From Takakia lepidozioides (Eukaryota > Plantae > Bryophyta), in the NCBI GenBank assembly GCA_030704615.1, contig CM060732.1, positions 40,424,001-40,488,000 on the forward strand: a DNA stretch of 64,000 bases, given 5' to 3'. The notes under the pieces are model-generated. The model had not been told where the DNA came from. It ran no database searches and saw only the letters and a program-made list of their open reading frames with translations. Shown here in pieces: positions 24,431 through 43,256 of this stretch; positions within the stretch are counted from its first letter, which is position 1, and each line of letters starts with the position of its first letter. The position numbers and the translations under genes are program-made.

Positions 24431-27400
24431 GGGAAGGACCATCCTCGCTGAAGGAAATGTTGAGCGAGAAAAGAAACACAGCAACCTGTCCTTGAGGCAC
24501 AGTAGTCGACTGCTGCTCTCAACACAAAGGACTGACCTGAAAATATGAAGCTGTGTCAAAGAGTTAGTGTGAGAGAGACAATTCCAGGAAAGCTGCTAGG
24601 ATGTGTCTGTCCTCTGTACTGTCCCAAGAAAACGATTAGGTCTTTGGATGTCTGTAGCCTTAATCTGCCAAGCCACCGGCTATCAGAGTCCCTTGGAACA
24701 CAAGCTGCCCCTGGAGGGCTGTCAGAGCTGTCACGACACAGACTTGTTGCTATCCTCTTCCAAAATACTTGACAACCTGATGACTGGCTACACCAGCGGT
24801 TCATGTGATGGCAACCTGGTATGAAAAGCTATCCCTGGTAGACCCCAGTGACACTCATTGAATTCTTTTCCCTGGTCTGCATTAGCATGTACACCTGCTG
24901 TAGCACTGTTCTAATGGTGTTTGGGAAGAATCATAGGTATCTTTCATATATTCTTTGGTCAAAATGACATTCATGTCACAGTAAAACCAGTGCTTATACT
25001 GTAAGTTTGTTGATAACGTGACCCAATCTGTTCACTGCCTCATCATTTGTCTCTGTGTTTGTGTCTTTGGTTTTGTCCTGAATTCCAACTATATGAAAAA
25101 GTAAGGTGATAATACAAGTCTAAACTCGGTTTCAACAAGACTGAATGGAGAACTCTGGGGACAACAAAAAATTGCAGTTGTAGGAGTGCAAGGCACTTGT
25201 GTGAGGGCATCCACATTGAAGTGATAGACATATCTCTCTGTTGCAGATGGACCAGAGTTTTCTTAGCTCTTTCTGCAATATCATGATGGATGGCTCAGAA
25301 GACCAAAGGCATTGCTTTTGCTTGTTGCTCCTTGCAGTTTCATTTCAGTGTATTTGGATGTTGGGATCGGCAGTTTGTTGCCCATGACATTTGTATCTAT
25401 TTTTGTCTACTCATTCTATGACCAGACCCTCTGTGAAAATCAAACTAGTGAAGGTCTTCGGAAAGCAGGAGGAACACAAGAGCCTGTTCTCTTTGTCTTG
25501 AGAACCTTGGACATCTCCACATCGGTGACCTTTCCATATTGTGGTTAGTGGAAGTATTCTCCATGGCAGGGAGCCTGTTATTTCTCCCATATGGCCTCCC
25601 CCAACTTTCTGTTCTCATGCACGGTGTTCAGCATGTGAACTCTGATACCTTCTCCAAAACTTCTAGTGTTTATAATTTACCTCTAAATGAGTTTGTTCCT
25701 GGTTCGTTACCATAACAAGAGACAAACTTGAAAGTCCATTGTACTTGCAACACAGTTGGCCTATGCACACAGAAAGTATATTGATTTGAACTTGCAGATG
25801 TACTCTGATAGTGGGTCCCAGTCTCAAAGATGCTCTCTACAGAGCCCCACTGCCTACAGCAGAACTGACAGTGTAGCGTTGAAAATGTATGGACGGATCT
25901 GCCACATGAACAATGTTTTCACCCTTCAGCACAGCCACAAAAGCTGCGGGCACGTTGTCAGTGCCTTCTGTCACATTCTCTTTGTATTTGGCCCTCCCTT
26001 CTCTGAGGTAAGTAGCCCACCATCTCCTTGGAGTACTCGGGAAATCTGTCGTAGTGGTGGGTCACTAAGAAATGAAGCTTCGCAGCTCGTCTTTTTGGAG
26101 GGTGTTGAATGTGACTACCTCTGATGGTTGAAATTTGATGTCAGCCGGAGTTGATCGCTTGAGAAAGAGTTCCTTGTGAATCTTGAGTCCTTCCATCCGA
26201 TTGGGAGTATGCACATGTGGCTAGCTATCTCGCTGTCGGTGTGCATGGCTCGGAAGCTGCCAACTTTCTACAGTAGGCAATCTTACTAATTGTGCAGCTA
26301 ACGCCACACAGATTGAGCACTACTCCGACAGCGTTTTAAATTTCGAGAAGACATACATGTACTCGAATCTAGATTCTCCGTAGTATCAAATCCTGAGCGT
26401 GTTTTTTGCCACTGACGATCTAGACTTACAGTCCATGCCTTTATTGAAGTGTGCCGGCCACCAACGCAAAGGCTGGGACACTAGAGAATCGCTGAAAAGA
26501 ATGTTACGGACACATCCAATCTTAGGCCCCGCTTCGTTCACAGTCGAAGGGATCTGAAGCCGGGCTGCTGGAATTATTGCAGGGTTTCGTTTGAGCTCCC
26601 TTGGATCTCCAAAAGTATTGGAGTTACTGGAATTAAGTTCCTACATGTGGAAACCCAGAACGTTTCGAGAATAAAGCCCAAAGTCTAAACTGGGTCATCC
26701 TCACACAGTCAACTCACATGATGAGATCACTTCTCAATATTTCACGGTTGAAGGCAAACACCTGGTACTGAGAGGGAAACCCAACATAAAGACGAAGAAG
26801 ATACGTCGCAACTGTTAAAATAAAAGAAAAATGTTGCGACCACCCCCTTGCTAGTAGTCGAAGAAGCTGCAAGCCATGCATCGAACAAAAACCAGCCCCA
26901 CATGAGACATGAAAGGGCCACAACTACGTAATCCATCGCCACGCACTCTGCCTACACGGAAACTCTCACAATCACACTAATTTGAGTGGCAGGAGGGAGA
27001 ATGTACTCATAAGACGTTGTTTGCCGTAGGCTTGTGGCCATTGAATTTGAGTGGTGAATTGTACGTAATTCTTGTGACAGAGGTAGAAACTACCTCTGTC
27101 AGGGGCTGACGCAGGTTGTATAACTTACCTTGAAGAGAGAGAGACTCCAACTGGACGTATTCGTGTGAAAGTCTCTCGGATCAACCCTTTCCAGCAATTC
27201 CCACATTTCGTGCAGATTCATTGCTGCAGGTTCACCTCCTCATACCCTAATTTGGGCATAATGTCATAATCTCTTGCGGGTATCTTTAAGTATAGTTCAT
27301 GAACATCCTCACAGCTCATACCAAACATATTGCGCTGTGGTCATCCCTGCCTGAAACTTATGTTCGTATTATTAAGGTGTCAGTTTTTCTGCTTGTACGA

Positions 27401-27465
27401 GTGGAGAAGTTTGGGAGGGAGAAGGGGGAGGAGAGCGAGAGAGATGACTAGCAAGGCAGACATCG

Positions 27466-28741
27466 ATGCTGTACGTGATAGGGTTGGGTCTGGGAGACGA
27501 GAGAAATATCACAGTGAGGGGCCTGGATGCGGTGCGCGCATGCGATCGGGTTTATCTGGAGGCTTACACATCCCTGCTGGCGCTTGGTCTGGGCCCATCA
27601 GCCACCACTACTCTTGTAAGTTCAATGAGATGCTCAAGCTGGCATTGAAATGGTCCTTCTGTCTCTGGTTCAGTTATTTTCTTAATTTTTTGTTTCAGGT
27701 TCAAGGGTCGCAACAAGGTACGTTTGACGAACACTGTGTCCAGGAGGTTTAATGCAGGAGAAGCTGTATGGGCGGCCAGTGGTTGTGGCGGATCGAGAGA
27801 TGGTGGAGCAATGTGCTGAAAGTATGTTGGAGGAGGCTCGCACCTCCAATGTACCATTTCTGGTTGTAGGTGACCCTTTCGGGTGTGTATCCCTTTCTTA
27901 CTTTAAACTTCTGGGATGTACTTTCTCTAGCTGGTCTCTTTTTCTCTTGAAGAGTTCTTTTCTGCATAGTACCCTCCACTTCTCCTCTTGAACTGACTTT
28001 CCTCGCTCATTCTGCCCGAGAAACTTTCCTTGCGCAAATCTTGAGAGCGTTCTTCTATATTTTTCAAAAGGAATATAAGATCAAACTTGTCTGTGGAAAA
28101 TTTTATTAATGGGTTCATTCTGTGATTTCAATCCGAAGAGGGCTACAACACATTCAGATTTGCTAGTGCGTGCAAAGAAGATGGGAGTGGAGGTGGAAGT
28201 CGTACACAATGCCTCCATAATGAATGCTGTTGGCTCATGTGGGCTACAGCTATACCTGTTTGGGGAGGCAACTTCCAATCCCTATTTTACGGACACATGG
28301 TGACCTGACAGCTTCTATGACAAGATCAAAACAAACAGTGCCATTGGACTGCACACTTTGTGCCTTCTTGGTATTCTATGGCAACTTTCATTTGAGTGGT
28401 CCTTTACCTTTCATAGATGCCATTCTTGAATAGAGTCGACCCAGAAGGTGGCTTTGGGTGATGTCTATTCTCACCCCTCTGTAGGCTATGACCTGCCCAT
28501 CCTGCATGTCAGGGGTGGTCGTTTCTGTGGGCCCATACTGAGCACTTGCATCAACGACTTCTAACATATGTACCATGACTGAAAGGTTTAGAGATTTATG
28601 CGCAATCTTCTGGATGCATTGAATGTCAGTGGTGGTGCATTGTCAGCTTGTTATTTCTGTGCTAGTTCGCTGCGCATTTTCTCATGCTAGCATGGGGTTG
28701 GCATGCAGACTTTTGGGTAAAGGAGCCATCGCTAGAAGCAG
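27466..28741 (+). pseudogene. DPH5: Diphthine methyl ester synthase (DPH5) pseudogene or truncated copy
   Basis: Exons [20 protein letters not shown]...[10 protein letters not shown] | EKLYGRPVVVADREMVEQ...FLVVGDPFG | ATTHSDLLVRAK...HNASIMNAVGSCGLQLY...FTDTW*PDSFY...GLHTLCLL | DFWVKEPSLEA. There is an in-frame TGA at 28301-28303, and the C-terminal exons were not found before the next gene. Confidence 0.85.
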
Positions 28742-29697
28742 GTGAGGGTGAGCAACCGAGTAGGTGTGCCACTTACTCATCCCTTCATGATACTTTCCTG
28801 ATTGTGGTGGGTTCACCCCTCACTAGGAAGAGGAACAGTATATTTTTCTGTAAGAGACTGAGTGATACATAGCTGCCTGACCCATGTGGAGAGGGAAGGG
28901 AGAGAGACTGGAAAAGCAAGGGAAGGAGGGGGCCCACTGAAGAGAGGAAGCTGAGAAAGAGATTGTTACTTGAGGGAAGGAGGGAATAACATTTCATTTC
29001 TCTCTGCTGATGTTCCAAGGAAGATCGTGCTTTGTCAAAACTTACAATTTTGTGGAGCTCTCGTCTACGGTCGAAGTCTACTCCAGCCTATGTGTCAACA
29101 CTGAAGTCCTTGCACCCATATTGTCATGTGGCATTGAGGGAATTTCCGACCTGAGTCTCACATACGATGGTTGGTGGAACCCCACATCCAGCCATGGGAG
29201 CTGGCGGCTACTTATTATATCTTGGGAAACTGGGGTATTTCGTGTAACAAGGGGTTGCATATATATGGAGTCGTCAATTTACTTCTCTCTTCTCTCACAC
29301 ATGCACAACTACTTGGTCATTACAGGTTGTATCTAGCTCTAGTGGCAATCCCCATGCATTCCTGAACATGCCAAGGGAGTCAACAGCTGCAGACTCAGCG
29401 GACCTTGATCATCCCTCTCTGTTTCTCCTCTTGAACTAGGTAAATATTTGAAACTTACAAGAACTACTACTTATCTGGCTTGAGGCTCATCTAACATTGC
29501 TAGCACTGTTGGTTGATCATTGACATTGAGTGCAACGCAAGCTGAAGATGTCATCACTGGGACATTAGATCAGCATCTTTTCCTCTTCCTCCAACACCTC
29601 CAACATTTTCAAGGTGAATGTGGAAATATTGAACTTCCACACTATGGACAATGAACTGAGAATAAAACTCAATCTCACTCTCTGCTGGTTGCACATG

Positions 29698-34421
<4,724 letters not shown>

Positions 34422-36109
34422 GAGTCCGTATTGCTTCTTGAGGATTCTTCAGTCCATAAATATGGAGTTCCTAGACTCAAGGTTCCATTTCCAGCTAGTA
34501 TCTTGGAAAATAGAGTGAGAAGGAGAGATCAATTCGAGGAAAAAGAGCAGACCAATATGATAATCAAGGCTTCAAAATCCTCAATCGGGAATCTCTTATT
34601 GCAACACCAAATTGTGAATCGCTTGGTAGTCTAAACCCACGAGATTTACAATGTGACTGTTAGCAAAGCAGCATGGCGTATTTGTCTGAGAGGGGGAAGA
34701 CTGCATCCGAAAGCATCTACTGGTGCAAAGCTATCCAATTCTCTATTCCCAACCTATTTCGTTTGTGCAGAATGCATCGTGTACATTAAAGAGAGACAGA
34801 AGAGAGAGACTAAGGACATCCACTTCTGCACGTCTTTCAGACTACAAAGAGATTAACTTAGGGGTTGTCCACCCAATTCTACGGCACAACGAGTATGAGA
34901 GAATCTGACATATTAGATATCAAGATTTGCTACGAGATTCTGCAACATGCTATTAAATGTATTCCTTGATAGAAATCGGAAGAAGCAATAAAAAAGGCAA
35001 GATGCAAAAACTAGTATGTTCAAGGGTGCTCAAGAGAGGTTCTCCTTGATGTAGGCGCCTATGCTTTGTGCGGAAGAAAAGTTCTTTACAAAAAGATTGA
35101 GAAGAAGAAAATGAGTCTAGTAAGGAATTTTAGAGGAAGCGCGTGGAGATGGAGAAAGTATAAACTACATTGTAGTGCTATTTTGAGAAGGTGATGAGAA
35201 TTTGGGATATCTTTTTTTTAGTATGTTATCTTTGTTTTGTCCCAACTTTATATTTCATAACATTTGACCCTAAATAGCCTTTTCAAGAAAGGTATCTTCG
35301 TATGCTGGATACGAATATCTATTTTTCCGAGATATCTCTTTTCGACTTGCTAGTATGGTCAATGGTTATCCATGATGGGATGACCGGTTAGAGCCGGTCA
35401 TTCAAGTATTTTAGGGGGCTTATTGAGCTTAGTGTTTCTATTAATTATTCCATCTATGGTTCTTGTTTGATGTTCTTTTGGGCCCTGCGTGTGCAGATCC
35501 CCCTAGGTACTAATTTAGTAAGTAGTTAGTTAGTAAGTAGGAGGAGAGCCCTGCTCTCCTTTATATACCCTCTCAGGGCGGTGGGACCTTTCTAGAAGGG
35601 TGGGACACATGTCAAACCCTAATCAGGCCTACTCCCACCACTTGAGACCTCTACCCTAACTACCCAAATTGGCCTGAACCATCCCCTATTTAATAGGTAT
35701 CAGCTTCATGCCGTTTTTTTTTGGACCCTTCATTTCATTCCTTAATATATGTGGCCTTATTAGATTAGCCCTCCTTTTTAATTCCCGGACCACGCTAATT
35801 CTTGGACCACTCTAGAATGAATTGGGCCCACCCAAACTTGGGGGGCTTATTCAACATATCATAAATACATAGGATTCAAAATACATGTACACGCCAAAAA
35901 TCCATCTGAATGACCCAAGCTTGTATACACTTGAGGTTAGCTATTAATGGTGCATCATTCATGTCCAATGGTGGTTGGTGATGATACATGCTTGTTTTCA
36001 AAGTTGTTATCATCCTTAAACATTAATCATCATGTTTAATGTGTCCAAAACCTATTTAATGCATCCAAAACCACTTAAACCAACCAACCGGAGAACCGGC
36101 AACTAGTTA

Positions 36110-36660
36110 AGGGCCAACTTCCATTTCCCGGCCATCCCGGCCAAGTTTCCAAAGTTAGCCAACGGCGGTGGAGCATGGTGGACTGGTGGGATGGATGGTT
36201 GTTTTTTTGTGCATAGGGTTCGAAAGCAATCAGGCAGTAGGTCTGCCTCACTCTCCAAGGCCCAGACCAATTGAGCCGGTAAGTTGTCACCCAGTAGTTT
36301 GGAGTTCAATCCTGCTACCAATGATCCTGCACCCTCTAGCGGGTCTAATGAGTATGAAGAGCTTGTGAGTATAACAAGCTTGTCACAAGCAAATAGTGTG
36401 GTGGGTCACGGCAAGCAATGTGCACAAAAGTGACCTTCAGAGCAGGTAGAAGAGACATGGTAACCCAATTACGACAAGTCAAAAGCGATTACCGATTATC
36501 GGCCATGAACTCTGGCGCCAAATTCCCAGGTATTGCGCTCCCCTATTTCGGCCACCGAATATATCTGGGTGTCGGCAAAAATTAACACATGGAAGCATGG
36601 TGTCATTTTTGTCATCTAGTGCAATATTGGCCAACTGCCAGGGACATGGAAGTTGGCCCT
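36110..36660. mobile_element. MITE-like non-autonomous DNA transposon remnant
   Basis: A perfect 17-bp inverted repeat TAAGGGCCAACTTCCAT (36108-36124) / ATGGAAGTTGGCCCTTA (36646-36662), compatible with a TA duplication. No coding capacity. Confidence 0.5.
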
Positions 36661-38344
36661 TACATGCTAGGCAAGTGGTTTCGAGGAATTTTCAAGTGAT
36701 AATTGAAACTTTAAGAAATTTACTGAGAAAGTTTATGTAAGAAATTGACGATTGTAGTTGACTAAGGGGAAGCAACTGACATGCTACTAACCCTCCCTAT
36801 AATATACTAACACACAAACTAATTTGAGAGTCTCTCATATTAGTTCTAGAACGTTATGTTGATGTTAAGATTTTGTCGGACATTGATATTTTTCCTCATC
36901 ATAAATTATTAAATTAGTTATATATAAAGATTAAGTTAGCGGACGGTTGGTTTGGCAGTACTTGTTTCAATGCTAAAAGCAAATATTCCAATGGTTAATC
37001 GGGTTAAATCACTTTGTATGGCCATGTAATTTTGTGCCGATTTGGTAAAGCATATATCGCAAGCGGCTTATTTTGATTAGTTTTTTTTGGGTAAGATACC
37101 TCAAGTTAAGGGTTAGAAATTAAACATGAAAACTACTTAGCTGATTGGATCTCCTTGCCATATGGGTTATCATTAATGATAACATATTTAATATTTAAAA
37201 ATAATAATTTACAGTAATATAAAACGAAAATTTTAAACCAATCTCATTCTCCTATATGCATATCAAGTTCAACAATGTTATCCAATAAGAATTGTCATAT
37301 CCATTCAACAGGGGCTGACTATGCCGGAGGGGTGCAATCTCCATAAAATGCATTCATCATCCAATTAAAAATGCCTTTGTACATAGATTATTTCATGATT
37401 TTATCATATGTATATGCATATTTTTTAGATTGTAAGAATCCCGAAAGTAATTATCTAACATATTAAAAATCACTGTTCCACAGCTGCCCCAAAAGGTTTA
37501 TTGTATTATTTAAAAATACTTGAAACATATAGAAGGGTATTATTATTTACAAAAATATATAGAAAGAAAATGTAAAGTGCCCTTAACTAGTGCAACGACA
37601 AAAACATTTGGTTTGTTTGACATGAACATCAAACCTGCAAATCCTTATTCCACAATAGGTACCAATTATCATTTTATTTTTTATAATAATAAATATTAAA
37701 ATACGTATGTAAATAAAATTGTAATACCCCTTCATGTATGTATCTAAATTTGTATATGAAGGTGATTATACCCCTTCAGTGCACTTAGATGGTTGGTATA
37801 GGATCGTTGCACCTTCTATGTAGTATGTGACTATGTTGCAAAATTGGTTAGCAATAGTGCGTGGCCGATAGTGCATTAAAAGTCACATTGTGCCATCCAC
37901 CCGAACGCCATTTGGGGACCCATGGTACTGCCACAATATTTATTGGCCCTGCCCTCAGGCGAAGACTACGCAATAGGTTTCTCCCGCTTGTCACGTGACC
38001 AACTTTTCGATGGACCAATGTTTTTGTTGGATGGTTGTCATCCATTGTCACATCCATTTTGGAACGTATGCAGTGACAGAAGAAGAAGGAACTCGTAGTA
38101 AACAACACGTGGCATGAGTGATTTTTTTTTTAAGGTACCTAGTTTACATCCAGACCAAATGAGGACTGTTGATGAGGATTTGGAAGTGAACATGGCAAGC
38201 ACGCAGCTACTTGGTGAGGGTCCAGGGGTGCCTTGCGACAATCAGGAACAGAGCTTTAGGGTGCCGGCAATTTTTTTGTCTTGGCAATCTGTACTCATAA
38301 CTGCTTTCGAGCTTGTCTAGACACAGCTGTGTATTGCCACAACG

Positions 38345-39980
38345 AGTTGTTTTCTCCCTTGTCATGGTTTTGTTTGTGATTAGTTAGAATAATTATTTCT
38401 AGCTAATTAGGACATTATATATTTATATTTGTATTTTGTTGGCATTGGGACTTCATTTGGTTCCATATGCCAAGTGAGGTGGCGAACCTCGCTTGGGACG
38501 TGGAGAGGTTATCTCTACGTGAGACATAGGCATGCTCGTATTCTTCTAGTCGAGCCTCCCGAGGCCTTTCTCGTCGCCATAGCTCTAGTACTTGAGATGG
38601 AGAGTGGGTGAGGTCTGCATGGTGGAGTCCTTTAGCAAATGTGTCATTGACTTGACTTATATAACGTGATAGAGTGGGTTCATCTCTTTTCACCATTTCC
38701 GTATCACTAGAAGAAGACCTGCTTACATCTATGAGTGCAAGGTGGTAGCATAGTTAGCACTTGTGTGTGAAGGAGAGCTTGGTAGATAGCTCTTGTGTTA
38801 CAAGGTGTTGCAAGGTTTGCAAGAAGAAAGCCTTGTGATATTTATGTGCAAGTGGAGGTCTTCAAGGAGAGACCCATTGCAAAGTTTGAGAGCTTGTGAA
38901 GAAAACTCTTGTTTTGCAAGTGTTGTAGGGTTTGAGGAGTTCAAGAAGAGCTCGGCTGTTAATGAAGCAAGCGGTGCATGTGTGGAGCACTCCCACACCG
39001 GGTTATCTTCTCTTGTTTCTTCACACTTGACATGCAGCCGCCGTGGGGTCAATCCCTTGAACCCCACTTGGCTTCATTTCACCATGGATAGAACAACCAC
39101 TTCTTAGCTTTTCTTGAGCTACTCAATGCTCCTCAAGCTACCTTTGTTGTACTCCTTCTATGGTGTTTCCAACCCAAGCATGTGCCGCTCTTTGGCTTCT
39201 CTTTCACACCATGAACAACTAGAGCTTGCTCTTGAAACCCTAGTATCTATTTTCTCCACACACAAGACGCTTCTCTTGTGATGTAACAGTTCTTTTCCAA
39301 GCTCCCAAACCCTTAGTGCACATACAAGCACTTACCTTGCAAAACCATGCAAGCTTTCTGATACAAGAGCTCTCTCATTAAGCTCTCCACCTCTGCAAAG
39401 TCTTGTAACTCAAGAGCTCTCTCCTTGAGCTCTCCACCTCTTTGATGCAATGCAAAAACACTCTTCGTTGCAACACCTTGCAAACATTGTGAGATACTTG
39501 AGCTTTTCTAGTTCTCTCACTCCTTGGTGTACATGAACACAAGTGCTAAAACTAATCCTTACACTCCGCACCCACAAGCATAAAGTCATCTTCTTGTAGT
39601 GATAATGGAAGTGAATACAATAGAAACACTCCACTCATGAATCCACTCAATCACATAAAGTAAGTCAAGCCAAGGGCACCCTTGCTAAGGGAATCCACCC
39701 TACAAAGCCCTCAACACACTCATTTTCAATACCTAGAGCTATGGAGATGAGAGAGGCTCATGGAGGCTCAACTACAAGAAGATGAGCCTCATCCCCTCAC
39801 AAGGGGGAAACCCATCCTCATGTCCCAAGTGAGGCTTAACACCTCTCTTGGCATATGAGACCAAATGAAGTTCCAACACACAAAATGCACATATAAATAT
39901 CCAAAATATCCTAGTTAACTAGAAGTAGGTAATTCTAGTTAACCATGACTAAAACCATGACAATTTTGGCAACATCAACA
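38345..39980. repeat. Two diverged copies of one LTR-like sequence in inverted orientation
   Basis: ~38345-38990 (+) aligns with the reverse complement of ~39255-39980, e.g. ACTTCATTTGGT..CATATGCCAAG, CCATAGCTCTAG, ACTTGACTTA, TATCACTA.AAGAAGA. The right copy begins TGTTGATGTTG on the minus strand. Confidence 0.75.
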
Positions 39981-41426
39981 TTTAATGGATCTGAAGTCAA
40001 ATGATCCTTACGTAGCTGATTATTCAATGAGCTATTATGCCCAAGTTTTTATTTGAGCTAATTTTGCTCAATTGGCTTAAATTAATTTTAAGTAACAACG
40101 ATTCAAGTCAAAGTACCAAAATAGCAACTGAAGATAATTAGCATCCAATTATGCTATATTTATCTCAGCTAATTTTTCTCAATTAGCTTCAATTAGCAGT
40201 GACTCAAGTAAGAATGTTCGTATAGCAGATGTAGATAACTCAGCAAATTTGTTTTACTTTTTTTTTCATAATATTTTAGATATATTATATTTTTTATACA
40301 ATAAAGTACCAAGATTTCACCCAACAAATTTATATGATATTTTAATATCAACCTTCATAAACCTAACAATGAATCTAATCATTTATGACAAATCACCATT
40401 TCTTCCATTTCTGGCATCTTACATTCAAAGAATCTACGATAACTTATGATTTTCAATTAGATAATATCAATATATTAAATGAGGTAGTTTGTTTGTTTTG
40501 TTTTGTAGCGCCGTTGAGATCTCCCAAACCGTAAGGCCTCCGTCCGTGGTCTTGATAATGCTAGAAAACCCTCACCAAGACGGTTTCATAATTTTTTGAT
40601 TTGGGCCCTGTGGGAGATATTGAATTTCAAGTACTTTTTGTCACCGAAAAATTCATTAAAAGTAGCAGATTGGGTTTGTCTCTAATATAAAAATGGCAGT
40701 AGATTATGTGCTCAAAAGTAGAGGCCACATTACTATGGATTATTGCAGCCACACAACATGATTTGTCTAGAACAAGAAGCATATTGGATCGACCACAACT
40801 TCCCTAGCATTTAATCTCCCGAATTATTTTGTCAATCATTTCACAACCAATTCATATTAATGCGAGGGCAGGGCTCGCATGTAACCATGCATTTGTTATA
40901 TTAGCAATAGTATTTCTCAATAAAGTCATATTTAATGATTTAAGATAGGAAAATTTGATAGGGTTGATGTGATTGGGGGTGGCAATCCAGTGTATCACAT
41001 ACTTCATGCTAGATTGGAATTTTCGCATTGTTTTAAAAGTGGTGAAATATAAACTTGGAGCTTATTATGGATTTATGTCTATTCTAGAGTTTTATTTATT
41101 ATTTATTTTATTTATAATACAGGAGTGACCGCTCCCTGCAAATCAGGCCCATAATATACACTTAGAAGATGTTATTATTTAGTTAATTAGCCAATTATAA
41201 TTATTTTTACCAAAGGATCAAATCAAATATATTTATCCCCCCAAAACATTGTCTTGATTACAATTTTAGATGCCATATTGGCATTCACGAAATGAAATCG
41301 ATAAACATCATATTGACTTATGGGGATAGAATCTGAACTTTAAGCAAATCATTTATGTTAAATCCAATCCTTATATTTTAAGTGATCATTCGTTGTAACT
41401 TAGATATCAATAATTTGTTGGTTTAA

Positions 41427-42234
41427 CCCTCAAGTTCCCAAGCCCTTTTTTGACTTTATAACAATTTTGGGTACCCAGCTGCAGTAAATTGCCCCTAGAA
41501 ACCTACCAAAAATCATCCGGAGATTCCAGCCTTACAGCAATGGGCCCAGCTCATTTATGCATGACATACCAAAAAATGAGCCAAGTCCACCGAGGAAATT
41601 GTGAGATTATAGTGTTGGCCTGGACCTCAAATATCAGGTCCCAAAGAAAAAGTGAGAAAGAAATTGGCTTGACCAAATCAAAACCTAGCTTTATCCAATT
41701 TTGCTTGCCCCAAAATCCACCATTTCCAAATCAATAGTGGAGTGGCTATGACCCCACTAAATTGCAGGTCCAACTGATTTTTTCACCTATGGTTGCTATG
41801 CATGCAATTACACGGGGGTTGAAATCTCAAAATTGACAAGAGAAAATGTGCCTCCAAATGAAGTACTTTTTTTTCTACAAAAATTCTAAAAGCCAATGGT
41901 GGATGTGTGTATGTAATGCTCACACACCACAAGGTGAAGCGTTTTTCCAAAATTGCTAATTTTTTTTGCCAAAAATGGCCTTTGGAGTGCAATCTGTTTT
42001 GGGCTTGTTTACCTGCCACGTCAGCAGTCAACAAGCCCTTTTCAGGCCCCAAAACGTAAATGAGAGATCTAAGATATTTTTTGTAGGTCGTAGTTTTTGT
42101 TTTTGCATCATACTCTAGACAAATCTCTTGTCATTAAAGCTTCAGGAGTGGGCCCCATCAGATTAGATCTGCAAAAATTAGGTCGAACTGCAAATTCAAA
42201 GTGACCTGATTTAGGTCGCTTGGGAACTTAAGGG
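41427..42234. mobile_element. piggyBac-like non-autonomous element (TTAA TSD)
   Basis: TTAA|CCCTCAAGTTCCCAAGC ... GCTTGGGAACTTAAGGG|TTAA. TIRs match 16/17, the termini are CCC/GGG, TTAA lies on both sides (41423-41426, 42235-42238), length is 808 bp, and there is no transposase. Confidence 0.75.
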
Positions 42235-43256
42235 TTAATAATCAAATTATGTTAACTTGTTTAGCCATATGACAAGCTATATAAATATATATATATATAG
42301 GAACACCTAGCTGTTCTCTTACTCTTGATAGACGCCTCAGTCTTAGGACGTCCGCGGTCGTTCCACTGTCCACAAGTACATCACGCCTTGTTGGCAGGGC
42401 ACGCCACAAGCTAACATAGCTCCGACGCGCATCCCATTGTATCCAGAATGAGGTTGTGATGTACAAGCCTTATAGGAACATTATCCAGTCTGTGTCCCTT
42501 ATTGGTCACAAGGGGATAAATGCATAGATAGGTGGACCAAAAACTGTGTAACATGGCAGTTTTTGTAATGACATCCCTCCATGGTTTCACCCATAGTTTT
42601 CCAACAAACTCAATATTTCATCCAAATTTATAAGGCGTAGGGTTTCTAATGACAATAGGTATGTAACCAACTATTTGATTGTAAAAACGATAATGTCCGA
42701 GAGAGCTATGGATTTATAAAGTTGACTACTTTGGATTGCAATGTTACAACATAAAATCTTACGGACTAAAGAAACATCATGATCTACACTCATATAATGG
42801 CACAAAAAAACACACTAGGGGTGCCATTTTTTAAACCAACCAAAATCCACTTTTATATGGACTAATTACCTTGGGAATTGAGGGCTATGGACTATTTTAT
42901 ACCTAAAAAACAGGTTGATTTGCTCTAGTCCATAGCATCTTATGTTTTGGGTTTTTGGGGATCATCTTTTATTAACAAGACATACAAACCTAAAATATAT
43001 AATGTTCAAGTTGTATATGGACAAACTGTTGTAAACTCTAAATTTAGACGTCTAAATATTTTTTCAAAGGAAAGATTAAAATATCCAGTAAACATTGTCT
43101 TCAATATTTTGGGGGGGACTCTTTATTAAAAATGTTAGGTATATTACTATCTATTTTTTTTAAATAAAATGAAAAAATGTTATCATTTTTTTTTCATGGA
43201 CTTCCACTGGACTCAAGATCTGCCGCATTTGGTCCATCCATTCATGCATCCACCCA

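Noticed and set aside
28301-28303. DPH5 stop codon rescued by U-to-C editing or selenocysteine/readthrough
   Set aside because: Reverse editing is organellar and land plants lack Sec machinery. Other conserved residues have drifted and the 3' exons are missing, so pseudogenisation is the simpler explanation.
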